From Mycobacteriales bacterium (lineage in GTDB: Bacteria; Actinomycetota; Actinomycetes; Mycobacteriales; SCTD01), in NCBI GenBank assembly GCA_046593925.1, contig JBKJQN010000055.1, positions 21,183-85,182 on the forward strand: a stretch of DNA of 64,000 nt. Direction: 5' to 3'. The notes under the pieces were generated by a model that saw only the letters and a program-made list of their open reading frames with translations, did not search any database and had not been told where the DNA came from. Made by a program: the position numbers and the translations under genes. Shown piece by piece: positions 52,284-61,332 of the stretch (position 1 is its first letter; every line of letters begins with the position of its first letter).

Positions 52284-52600
52284 CAGTCTCGATGGCGCAC
52301 GACGTTGATGACGCTGCCGTCTGGTGCGGCCGAGGAACCGGCCTACTCCCCAAGGTTCTGTCGTGATCGGGTGCACGTTCTCGTAGCCGAGTTCTCGAGC
52401 TTCTTCGTAAGCGCCGTCGACGTCGTCCGTCTGGACGGAGATCACCGAGTTTTCGGGTGCTGTCGCGTCACGCGACACGAACTGGACGCTTGCCCCCGTG
52501 GCGGGGGAGGTGAACCGAGCCACCCAACCCACGTTGAACTTTTCGGCACTGAGGCCGAGATCGTCGGTGCCGCAGCTCTTCGCGGCACGCACGGGTGCTT
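52284..52600 (-). pseudogene. VOC/glyoxalase family protein, degenerate
   Basis: FNVGWVARFTSP...DDVDGAYEEA...TEPWGV.RF, frameshift, APDG.VINVVRH. Confidence 0.7.
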
Positions 52601-52858
52601 CTGGTGATTCATGCGGACCAGCTGCTGTGCCAGCGGCCCGCCGCGCGCCAGTGGTCTGGCCGGCCGTCGGGCTTGGGCCGACGCTACGTACGGCCGACGG
52701 CGCCGTCAGGGCCTGAGATTGGTCCCCTGCCACCCGGGGCGGCCTCCTCCGTCCGGGGTGGCCCCGGGAGTACCGGGCGGGAAGGGCGCGGCCCGATGCC
52801 GAGGCCGCGACGCTGGTCGCAGCGCACCGCCCTGGAGGCCGGAAGCGCCTGGCGTGAG

Positions 52859-52874
52859 TACGGTAGGGGGGTAT
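52859..52874. promoter_or_regulatory. CsoR-type operator (degenerate TAC...GGGGGGTAT)
   Basis: G-tract pseudo-palindrome about 25 nt upstream of csoR. Confidence 0.5.
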
Positions 52875-52900
52875 GGTGTCGAGAACGACGAGGGGGCGCG

Positions 52901-53182
52901 GTGAACGGCTACAGCGACAACAAGGGCGACCACCTCAAGCGACTACGCCGCATCGAGGGCCAGGTCCGCGGGATCGCCAAGATGGTCGAGGACGACAAGT
53001 ACTGCATCGACATCCTCACCCAGGTGTCGGCGGCCACGAAGGCATTGCAGTCGGTCGCCCTCAACCTGCTCGACGACCACATGGCGCACTGCGTCGTGAA
53101 CGCCGCCCGCGAGGGCGGGGCCGAGCAGGAGGTCAAGCTCAAGGAGGCGTCCGACGCGATCGCCCGCCTCGTCCGGAGCTGA
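52901..53182 (+). CDS. csoR: CsoR copper-sensing repressor
   Basis: RLRRIEGQVRGI...YCIDILTQ...HMAHCV (Cys/His/Cys Cu(I) fingerprint). Confidence 0.93.
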   Translation: MNGYSDNKGDHLKRLRRIEGQVRGIAKMVEDDKYCIDILTQVSAATKALQSVALNLLDDHMAHCVVNAAREGGAEQEVKLKEASDAIARLVRS

Positions 53183-53227
53183 TCCGACGGAAGGCCCGAC
53201 ACGACCAGGACCCGATGAGGAGCACCG

Positions 53228-53434
53228 ATGACCACCAGCACCTACAGCGTGTCCGGCATGACCTGCAGCCACTGCGTCGCCTCCGTGAGCGAAGAGGTCG
53301 GCGAGGTCGCAGGCGTTGCTGCCGTCGAGGTCGACCTCGGCTCCGGTCTGCTGACCGTGACCAGCGACGCTCCCGTCGACGGGGCCGTGGTCCGCTCCGC
53401 CGTCGAGGAGGCGGGCTACACCCTGACCGCCTGA
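53228..53434 (+). CDS. copZ: CopZ-like HMA copper chaperone
   Basis: GMTCSHCV...VEEAGY; 68 aa; GAGGAG RBS. Confidence 0.93.
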   Translation: MTTSTYSVSGMTCSHCVASVSEEVGEVAGVAAVEVDLGSGLLTVTSDAPVDGAVVRSAVEEAGYTLTA

Positions 53435-53580
53435 TGGCGACCCCACCCCCGCCGCACTCCTGAAGCTCATGCGCAGGACCCCGGTCGACCTCGGCCTGTT
53501 CGCCGCAGGCACCGCGCACACCCCGTAGCACCCGTCCGGACCCCGTCCGGCAACCACGCCCGCGCCGCGAGGAGAAGCAG

Positions 53581-54662
53581 ATGAGCTCCACCCCCGCCAC
53601 CGCCCCGACCACGGCACCGGCGACAGGCCACCTCGCCTCGGTCGAGCTGGCCATCACCGGCATGGCCTGCGCCTCGTGCGCGAACCGGATCGAGCGCAAG
53701 CTCAACAACCTCGACGGCGTGACGGCGACCGTCAACTACTCGACCGAGAAGGCCAAGGTCGCCTACTCCGCGGGCGTCGCGGCCGAGGAGCTGCTCGCCG
53801 CGGTCAAGGCCGCGGGGTACTCCGCGGCGCACCCCCACACCCCCAACCTGGTCAGCCGGGGAAAGGCCTGGTCGAGCGGGCGCAGGAGCCGGACGGCACA
53901 CGCGCGCTGCGAGAACGGCTGCTCGTCAGCCTCATGCTCACCGTCCCGGTCGTCGCGATGGCGATGGTGCCGGCGCTGCAGTTGGACGCGTGGCAGTGGC
54001 TCTCGCTCACGCTGGCCGCGCCGGTGGTCGTGTGGGGGCGCTGCCGTTTCACCGGGCCGCCTGGACCGACCTGCGGCACGGCGTAGCCACGATGGACACC
54101 CTCATCTCGGTCGGCGCGCTGTCGGCCTTCGCGTGGTCGCTGTACGCGCAGGTCGACGGTCACGCCGTGCTCGTCGGCCGGCGCGGCTGCTCGAGCAGTG
54201 AAGCCAGGTCCTGCCGGCGGAGCTCGCCGCGGCGCTCGACCGGGCCCAGCGGGCCGGGCGGACCGCTGTGGCGGTCAGCTGGGACGGCGAGGCCCGGGGC
54301 GTGCTGTCGGTCGCAGACACCGTCAAGCCCACCAGTGCCGAGGCGATCACGCGGCTGCGCGCGCTCGGGCTCATCCCCGTCCTGCTGACCGGCGACAACG
54401 CGACCGTCGCCGTCGCCGCCGCCGCCCGCGAGGTCGGCATCTACCCCGACCACGTGCATGCCGACCTGGGCCTGTCGATGGGCACCGGCAGCGACGTCGC
54501 CATCCAGGCCAGTGACCTGACGCTCGTACGCAGTGACTGACGGTAGCCGCCGACGCGATCCGGCTGGCCCGCCGCACGCTCACCACCGTCAAGGGCAACC
54601 TGTTCTGGGCGTTCGGCTACGACGTTGCCGCGATCCCGCTGGCCGCCGGCAGCACGCCCTGA
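53581..54662 (+). pseudogene. copA: CopA-type P1B ATPase, heavily deleted and frameshifted
   Basis: GMACASC HMA domain, WQW, TMDTLIS, ADTVKP, LTGDN, MGTGSDVA, NLFWAF. The TGE, CPC and DKTGT regions are absent. Confidence 0.88.
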
Positions 54663-54754
54663 CGGCAGGAGGGTAGGGCGGCGAGCGCAAGCACAGCGGA
54701 CGTGAGCGTGGCTGCACGGGTATCGGGTACCGAGGCGCTGACCGGGAGGTGCGG

Positions 54755-55105
54755 ATGAACGGCTACACGGGGGCCCTGTCGCTGCTGGTGCTCGTCGTCG
54801 GGGCGGTAGGCGCGACGTACCTGCTGAACGCGGCTCTGACGATCCATCGGGCTCCGCTCCGGGCCGCGCCCTTCACCGGGGGGACCCTCCCCGTCGAGCA
54901 CCCCCTGTCGCGCTTCCACGCGCGCTTCTACACGGTTGCCCTGCTGTTTCTGGCGTTCGACCTGGAGATGCTGTTCATGTACCCGTGGACGCTCGTGGTC
55001 GCGGAGTTCGGGCGCAGCGCAGTAATCGAGATGTTCGGGTTCCTTGCTCTCCTGGTGGCCGGGATCGGCTACGCCTGGCGCGAGGGCGCCTTCCGGTGGG
55101 CCTGA
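54755..55105 (+). CDS. nuoA: NuoA-like membrane subunit
   Basis: RFYTVALLFLAFDLEMLFMYPW...YAWREGAFRW; loop is PFTGG instead of PYECG. Confidence 0.88.
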   Translation: MNGYTGALSLLVLVVGAVGATYLLNAALTIHRAPLRAAPFTGGTLPVEHPLSRFHARFYTVALLFLAFDLEMLFMYPWTLVVAEFGRSAVIEMFGFLALLVAGIGYAWREGAFRWA

Positions 55106-56190
55106 CCGCGCGGTTGCGCGCAGCGGCGGTCCGTCGTCCTCACGTTCTGGTCGTCGCCGTTCCCGGGGCGCGTCCTGTGCGTGCGGCAGCGCAGACTGCG
55201 CTCGTACGGCTCGGCTGGCCTACGGCGTCCTCGCCGGCCGACGCCGACATCCTCCTGGTGTGCGGCGCCGCGGGGCCGGGCGTTCGGGTGGCGGTCGACA
55301 CGGCGTGGGACGCGATGCCCGGCCCCCGGGCCTGGGCCTCCGCGGTCAGCGCGGCGGACCTCCCCCGCGTCCTCGACGCGGCACGGGACCAGCTCGCGGA
55401 CCTGCCGCAGCAGGCCGCTGACGCCCGCGAGCGGCGCCCGCCCGCGCTCGGGGCGGACGACGTGCCGGCCCGGGACGAGGCCGGCAAGGACCCGGGCGAG
55501 GACCGGTCCCCCGGTCAGGACCCTCACGCCGGGATGGCTGTTCGGCCTGCGGCGGCCGACGACGCGGCCGACCCGGACAGCAGCTCGACCATGGACGCGA
55601 TGCCCGACATGGACATGGACATGGACATGGACCTGCCGGGAGGGCTGGCGATGGCGGACCGGGAGGACGACCGGGACGGTCTTCGGCTGGACGTCCTCCA
55701 CGTGGTTCTCGGGCCGGTGCTGCCCGGGTGGCCGGCCGGGCTGCGGCTGACGACGGTGCTGCAGGGCGACGTGGTCACCTGCGCGGAGGCTGAGCTGCTC
55801 GACGCCTGTCCGGAGCAGCCGGTGGAGCGGGAGTGGCAGGCGCTGGACGACCTCGCCGCGCTGTTGGCCGCGGCGGGCTGGCAGGACGGTGCGACCCGGG
55901 CCTGGCGGGCACGGGATGGAGGGGTCCCGGTCGAGGTGCTCGTGCGGTGGGTGCGGAGCGCCCGGCTCCTGCGCTGGTCCCTACGGGGCCTGCCCGGTCC
56001 CGGCGAGGGCGACCTGGTCGACCACCTCGGCAGACTGCTCGACCGGTGCGCCGGCGCCCTGGAGCTGGAGGAGCCGGCTGACCTCGCGGCGCTTGCGGAG
56101 GCGGTGACGGGACTGGACCTGGGGTCCGCCGCGCTGGTCGTCTGCGCCTTCGGTCCGCACCTGCGCGTCCCGGTGGCGGCCCGTGGCTGA
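55096..56190 (+). CDS. Hybrid of a degenerate NuoB-like domain, a Met/Asp-rich linker and a NuoD-like N-terminal domain
   Basis: SSPADADILLVCG...AWDAMPGPRA (NuoB-like, no CC motif); MDAMPDMDMDMDMD; LGPVLPGWPAGLRL...LQGDVV (NuoD-like, His residues lost). Confidence 0.72.
   Translation: MGLTARLRAAAVRRPHVLVVAVPGARPVRAAAQTALVRLGWPTASSPADADILLVCGAAGPGVRVAVDTAWDAMPGPRAWASAVSAADLPRVLDAARDQLADLPQQAADARERRPPALGADDVPARDEAGKDPGEDRSPGQDPHAGMAVRPAAADDAADPDSSSTMDAMPDMDMDMDMDLPGGLAMADREDDRDGLRLDVLHVVLGPVLPGWPAGLRLTTVLQGDVVTCAEAELLDACPEQPVEREWQALDDLAALLAAAGWQDGATRAWRARDGGVPVEVLVRWVRSARLLRWSLRGLPGPGEGDLVDHLGRLLDRCAGALELEEPADLAALAEAVTGLDLGSAALVVCAFGPHLRVPVAARG
55609..55632 (+). repeat. (ATGGAC)x4 in-frame repeat encoding MDMDMDMD
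   Basis: Read directly from the sequence. Confidence 0.9.
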
Positions 56191-57106
56191 TGTCCTGCTC
56201 GCGCCGGTGGCCCTGCTCCTGCTCCTGCTGTTGGCCCTGGGGGCGGCGGGCACAGACCGGGTCCTGGTGGCGAGGACCGCGGGCCGGCCGGTCAGCGGAG
56301 CGGTCACGGAGCCGATGGCGGAGGTAGCCCGCCTGCTCGTGCAGCGACGGCGGACCACGAGCGACCCGGACGCCCTGCTGTGGCGGTTCGGGGGCGGCGC
56401 CCTGCTGGTCGCGGCCGGCCTCATGACGGCGGTCGTCCCTCTGGACGGCCGTGCGGTCGCCGTCCTGCCGGTGGGCGTCGTGTGGTTCAACGCCGTCGAT
56501 GTCCTGCTGTGGGCGGGCGTCTGGCTCGCCGGCTGGGGCGCGGCGGGTGTCCTGTCGCTCGTGGCCGGCTACCGGTTCCTCGCCCAGGCCCTCGCCTACG
56601 AGCTCCCGCTCATGTTCGCTCTGGTGGCCCCGGCGACGGCCGCGGCGAGCCTGGACGTGCAGCGGGTCGTCGAGAGCCAGCGGGACCGCTGGAACGTCGT
56701 CGAGATGCCGGTCGCCTTCGTCGTGTTTCTGCTGTGCGTCGTCGCGTTCTCGCTCTGGGGCCCGTTCTCGTCGCCGGCCGCCGGCGATGTGGCCGGCGGG
56801 GTGCTGTCGGAGGTGTCCGGGGCGGACCGGCTCGTGCTGCTGGCCGGCCGGTACGCGCTGCTCGCGGCCGGGGCCGCGTTCAGCGTCCCGCTGTTCCTCG
56901 GCGGCGACGCCGGTCCGGTCCTGCCCGGTCCGGTGTGGCAGCTGCTCAAGACCGTCGCGGTGCTGTTCGCGCTCGTGTTCGTCCGGCGCCGGCTCCCGAC
57001 GGTCCGACCCGACCGGTTCACCGAGATCGGCTGGGTCGTGCTGATCCCCCTGACGCTGCTGCAGGTCCTGCTAACCAGCGTCCTCGTGCTCGTGGAGGCC
57101 CCGTGA
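56183..57106 (+). CDS. nuoH: NuoH-like membrane subunit (divergent)
   Basis: PMAEVARLL, GYRFLAQALAYELP, PF...GG..SEVSG, LFLGG, LLKT, PTVRPD...GW..LIPL. Confidence 0.85.
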   Translation: MADVLLAPVALLLLLLLALGAAGTDRVLVARTAGRPVSGAVTEPMAEVARLLVQRRRTTSDPDALLWRFGGGALLVAAGLMTAVVPLDGRAVAVLPVGVVWFNAVDVLLWAGVWLAGWGAAGVLSLVAGYRFLAQALAYELPLMFALVAPATAAASLDVQRVVESQRDRWNVVEMPVAFVVFLLCVVAFSLWGPFSSPAAGDVAGGVLSEVSGADRLVLLAGRYALLAAGAAFSVPLFLGGDAGPVLPGPVWQLLKTVAVLFALVFVRRRLPTVRPDRFTEIGWVVLIPLTLLQVLLTSVLVLVEAP

Positions 57107-57663
57107 CCGACGTCCTGTTCGCGGTGCTCGCGCTCGTCGCCGTCGCGAGCGGCGTCGCAGTGTTCCGCGTCGACTCGATGGCGCGGGCGACGTGGCTGCT
57201 GGCGCTGAGCTTCGTGGCCGTCGGTGCGGTCCTGCTGCTGCTTGACCTGGACTACCTCGGTCTCGTCGTCGTCGTGATGATGGTGATGGAGATGGGCGTC
57301 ATGGCCGTGTTTATGGTCATGTTTATGATGAACCCGGCGGGGCTGATGCCGATGTCCATGGTCCACGACAAGTCGCGGGCGATGACGGTCGCCGTCGGGA
57401 CCTTCGTCGTTCTCGCGGGCGGCGCGCTGCTCGTGGACTGGCCGCAGCGGCAGGGGCCGCTCCCGGCCGACGTCACCCGCCAGGCTGGCCAGGGGATCAT
57501 GGGCGGGAAGATGCTCGTGATGATCGTGGTCGGCGCGGTCATCCTGGCGACCATGGTCAGCGCCCTGGTCCTGTCGTCCCCCCGCGGCCGCTACGAACGG
57601 CTCGGCGACGACCTGTTGGACCGGCCGTCCCGGGACCCGCTGCGCGGGGGGCTCGGCCGGTGA
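57103..57663 (+). CDS. nuoJ: NuoJ-like membrane subunit, Met-rich
   Basis: Five hydrophobic segments, position between H and K, and MMVMEMGVMAVFMVMFMMNPAGLMPMSM. Confidence 0.8.
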   Translation: MTDVLFAVLALVAVASGVAVFRVDSMARATWLLALSFVAVGAVLLLLDLDYLGLVVVVMMVMEMGVMAVFMVMFMMNPAGLMPMSMVHDKSRAMTVAVGTFVVLAGGALLVDWPQRQGPLPADVTRQAGQGIMGGKMLVMIVVGAVILATMVSALVLSSPRGRYERLGDDLLDRPSRDPLRGGLGR

Positions 57664-57965
57664 CCCTGCAAACCCTGCTCGTGCTCGCGGCCGCCCTGGT
57701 GAGCGGTGGGCTGTACGGGGCGCTGTCCCAGCAGTCCGTCGTGATGCTGATGATGGGCCTGGAACTGATGCTCAACGGGCTCGTGGTCGCCGCCGGTGGC
57801 TTCTGGTTCTACGTCGCCCCGCAGCGCCCGGACGGCCAGGTCCTCGTCCTGGTGGTCGTCGTGGTGATGACGATCGAGATGGCGCTGGGGTTCGCGGTCC
57901 AGATCGCGATCTTCCGAGCCAAGGACGTCGACCTGACCGACAGCGCCACGGAGCTGTCCGGGTGA
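57660..57965 (+). CDS. nuoK: NuoK-like subunit
   Basis: GLELMLNG, DGQV, IEMALGFA; both conserved Glu present. Confidence 0.9.
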   Translation: MTLQTLLVLAAALVSGGLYGALSQQSVVMLMMGLELMLNGLVVAAGGFWFYVAPQRPDGQVLVLVVVVVMTIEMALGFAVQIAIFRAKDVDLTDSATELSG

Positions 57966-57987
57966 GCGCACGTCGGGGAACGGGCGG

Positions 57988-59808
57988 GTGAGCGCGGCCC
58001 TGTGGGTCCTGCTCCTGCTGCCCGCCGGGACCGGTGCCGGCCTCGTGCTGCTCGGCCCCCGTGCGGACCGCTCGGCTGCCCGGTCGGCGACCGTCGTCGC
58101 GGTGGTGCTGCTCGGGCTGGTCCTCGCGGTCGCCGGGACGCCGCTGCGCGCCGACCCGCCGTTCCTGCTCGGGGAGCGCCTCTCGCTCGGGATGGACGGC
58201 CTCAGCGCTGCGCTCGCCGTGACGGTCTGCGCGATCACCGCCTGCGTACTCGCCGCCTCGCCGGCCCAGGTGCGGCTCCGGCGGGCCCGCCTGTGCGGGG
58301 GCCTGCTGCTGTTCCTCGCGGCCGTCCTGCTCACCCTCGTCGCCCGCTCGCTCCTGCCGCTGCTCGCCGGCTGGGAGCTGATGGGCGCCGCGTCGTACGC
58401 CCTCATCGCCCATGACCTGCGGGACTCGCGTGCCGCCGGCTCCGCCATGACGGCCCTGCTGACCACCCGCGCGATGGACCTCGGCCTTTACGTCGCGGCC
58501 GGAGCGGCCCTCGCCGGCGGCGGCGACCTGTCGCTGGCCGGGCTCGCGACCCTCCCCGACGGCTGGCGCGACCTCGCGGCGCTGGGGGTGGTCACCGCGT
58601 GCCTGGGGAAAGCGGCGCAGCTCCCGGTGTCGTCCTGGCTGTCGCGGGCGATGGACGGGCCGAGCCCGGTCAGCGCGCTGCTGCACAGCGCGGCGATGGT
58701 CGCGATGGGCGGCTACCTGCTCCTGCGGACCGGCCCGCTGCTGGCCTCCACCGGCTGGGCCCCCGACCTCGTCGCCTGGGTCGGCGCCCTGACAGCCGTC
58801 CTGCTCGGAGTCGTCGCGTTCGCCCAGCGCGACCTCAAGCAGCTCCTGGCCGCGTCCACCGCCAGCCAGCTCGGCTTCGTCGTGCTCGCCGCCGGGGTCG
58901 GGGGCACCAGCGCCGGCGCCGCGCAGCTCGTCGCGCACGCCGCGACGAAGAGCCTGCTGTTCCTCGCGGCCGGCGTGTGGCTGCACCTGCTCGGGACCCG
59001 TGATCTGGGGCGCCTGGCCGGGGCGGCCCGGCGCACCCCGGCCGTGGGGGCGCTGGCGGTGGCAGGGCTGCTGTCGCTCGCGGGGGTGCCGCCGCTGGCG
59101 CTGTGGACCGGTAAGGACGCCGTCCTGTCGGCCGCCCTGGACCGGTCGCCCGCGCTGTACACGGCCGGGCTCGTCGGGTCGGCACTGTCGGCCGCCTACG
59201 CCGGCCGGGCGCTCGCCGCGCTCCTGCGACCGACCCGGGAGCGCGAGCACGTAGAGCCGACGGCCTGGCTGCCGCTGGTGCCGCTCGCCGTCGGCGCGGT
59301 GCTGCTGGCCGGGCTCGTGCTCGGCCCCGGCGGACGCGCGTTCGCGGAGCTGCTCGACGTCACCCGGCCCGTCCCGGGACCGGTCGAGCTCGTCGTGTCG
59401 GGGGTGCTCGCCGTCGTCGTCCTGCTCACCGCCTGGTGGCACGGCGACGCCCTCGCCGCCCGTCTGCCCGTCGCGCGCGACTGGTTCCACCTCGACGCCG
59501 CCACCCGGGCGGTCGCGGTCCGCCCGGTCCTCGCTCTCGCACACGCCCTCGCGACGTTCGACGACCGGGTCCTGGACGGCGCCGTGGAGGGCGCCGCCGC
59601 GGGCACCGTCCGGGCGGCCAGGAGAGCGCAGCGCCTCGACGACCGCGACGTCGACGGGCTGGTCCGACGCGTCGCCGCCGGTACCCGGCGTCTCGGGGAC
59701 CTCGCCCGGCTGCCGCAGACCGGCCAGGTCCACCACTACTACGGCCAGGCCGCGGCCGTCCTCGTCGGCGCCGTCGTCCTGCTCCTGACCGTCCGATCGA
59801 CGAGGTGA
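57988..59808 (+). CDS. nuoL: NuoL-like antiporter-type subunit
   Basis: GWELMG, GKAAQLP..WL..AMDGPSPVSALLHSAAMV, STASQLG, HAATKSLLF, lateral helix ending QTGQVHHY. Confidence 0.92.
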   Translation: MSAALWVLLLLPAGTGAGLVLLGPRADRSAARSATVVAVVLLGLVLAVAGTPLRADPPFLLGERLSLGMDGLSAALAVTVCAITACVLAASPAQVRLRRARLCGGLLLFLAAVLLTLVARSLLPLLAGWELMGAASYALIAHDLRDSRAAGSAMTALLTTRAMDLGLYVAAGAALAGGGDLSLAGLATLPDGWRDLAALGVVTACLGKAAQLPVSSWLSRAMDGPSPVSALLHSAAMVAMGGYLLLRTGPLLASTGWAPDLVAWVGALTAVLLGVVAFAQRDLKQLLAASTASQLGFVVLAAGVGGTSAGAAQLVAHAATKSLLFLAAGVWLHLLGTRDLGRLAGAARRTPAVGALAVAGLLSLAGVPPLALWTGKDAVLSAALDRSPALYTAGLVGSALSAAYAGRALAALLRPTREREHVEPTAWLPLVPLAVGAVLLAGLVLGPGGRAFAELLDVTRPVPGPVELVVSGVLAVVVLLTAWWHGDALAARLPVARDWFHLDAATRAVAVRPVLALAHALATFDDRVLDGAVEGAAAGTVRAARRAQRLDDRDVDGLVRRVAAGTRRLGDLARLPQTGQVHHYYGQAAAVLVGAVVLLLTVRSTR

Positions 59809-61310
59809 GCGTGCTCGACCTGCTGATCTTCCTCCCGCTGCTCGCCGCGGTCTGCCTGCTGTGCCTGCCCCGGCTCCCGGACCGGACGGCACGCGTCGCC
59901 CTCGTGGTGGTCACCGCCATCGAGCTGGCGCTCGCCGTCGGACTGTGGGCCGCCTACAACGGCGGTCCGGGTCTCACCGACGGCATCGCCTACGAACGTC
60001 GGCTGAGCTGGATCCCCTCGGTCGGCAGCAGCTACCACGTCGGGCTCGACGGGCTGTCGCTCCCGCTCGTCGCGCTCACGGCCGGGCTGTTCCTCGCGTG
60101 TGCGATCTACGCGCTGCGCGAGACGAAGCGGCCGCGCAACCTCGCCGCGCTGCTGCTGTTCCTGGAGACGTCATGCCTGGGCGTGTTCGCCAGCCTCGAC
60201 CTGGTCCTGTTCTTCGTCTTCTTCGACCTGTCGATCGTCGGCATGTACTTCGTGATCGCCGGGTGGGGGCACGGGAACGCCGCCCGGTCGGCCCTGAAGT
60301 TCTTCCTCTACACGTTCCTCGGGAGCCTCGCGCTGCTCGTCGGCTTCCTCGCCCTGTTCGCGGCCAGCAACCCGCACACGTTCGACATGGTCGAGCTGGC
60401 GAAGGCCCCGCCGCTGCAGGGCAAGCCGCTCGCCGGCGGACTCGCGCTCCTCGCGATCGGGATCGGCCTGGCGGTCAAGACGCCGACCGTGCCGTTCCAC
60501 ACGTGGCTGCCGCCCGCGCACACCGACGCGCCCGCCGTCGGCTCGGCGGTCCTCGCCGGGGTACTGCTGAAGATGGGCACCTACGGCTTCGTCCGGATCG
60601 CGATGCCGATGCTGCCGGACGCCTGGCGGTCCTGGGCCGTCGTCGCAGTCGTCGTCGGCGTCGTGAGCATCCTGTACGGCGCGCTCGTCGCCCTCGCCCA
60701 GGCGAACCTCAAGCGGATGATTGCGTACACTTCGGTGTCCCACATGGGCTACGTCCTGCTCGCGGTCGGAGCCGCCGGCCTGACCGGCGGCAGCGACGCG
60801 CAGGCCCGGTCGGTCGCGGTCTCCGGCGCCGTGACGCAGATGGTCAGCCACGGTCTCGTCACCGGTGCGCTGTTCCTGCTCGCAGGCGTGCTCCAGGACC
60901 GTGCCGGGACGTACGACCTCGACGCGTACGGCGGGCTCGCGGGCAAGGCCCCGCGCTTCGCCGCGCTGTTTGCCGTCGCCTCCTTCGCGAGCCTCGGGCT
61001 GCCCGGCCTGTCCGGGTTCCTCGCCGAGTTCCAGGTCCTCGCCGGGTCGCTCGGCTCCACGCCCGTCGGCGTCGTCGTCGCGCTCCTGGGGCTGCTCGTC
61101 ACCGCCGCGCTCTTCCTGTGGGCGATCAACCGGCTCCTGCTCGGCGGCCCGGGGCCGAGCACAAGGTCCGTCACCGACCTGCGGCCCAGCGAGCTCGCCG
61201 CCGTCGTCCCGCTGCTGCTGCTCTCCCTGCTCGTCGGGGTGCTGCCCCGGCCGCTGCTCGACGTGGTCGAGCCCGCGGCCCACACCGTCGTCGACCTGGT
61301 CGCCCGGTGA
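59805..61310 (+). CDS. nuoM: NuoM-like antiporter-type subunit
   Basis: GLDGLS, KFFLYT, VKTPTVPFHTWLPPAH, LLKMGTYG, KRMIAYTSVSHMG, SHGL, GLPGLSGFLAEF. Confidence 0.93.
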   Translation: MSVLDLLIFLPLLAAVCLLCLPRLPDRTARVALVVVTAIELALAVGLWAAYNGGPGLTDGIAYERRLSWIPSVGSSYHVGLDGLSLPLVALTAGLFLACAIYALRETKRPRNLAALLLFLETSCLGVFASLDLVLFFVFFDLSIVGMYFVIAGWGHGNAARSALKFFLYTFLGSLALLVGFLALFAASNPHTFDMVELAKAPPLQGKPLAGGLALLAIGIGLAVKTPTVPFHTWLPPAHTDAPAVGSAVLAGVLLKMGTYGFVRIAMPMLPDAWRSWAVVAVVVGVVSILYGALVALAQANLKRMIAYTSVSHMGYVLLAVGAAGLTGGSDAQARSVAVSGAVTQMVSHGLVTGALFLLAGVLQDRAGTYDLDAYGGLAGKAPRFAALFAVASFASLGLPGLSGFLAEFQVLAGSLGSTPVGVVVALLGLLVTAALFLWAINRLLLGGPGPSTRSVTDLRPSELAAVVPLLLLSLLVGVLPRPLLDVVEPAAHTVVDLVAR

Positions 61311-61332
61311 CCCGGCGCAGCCGGGCGGGCGG

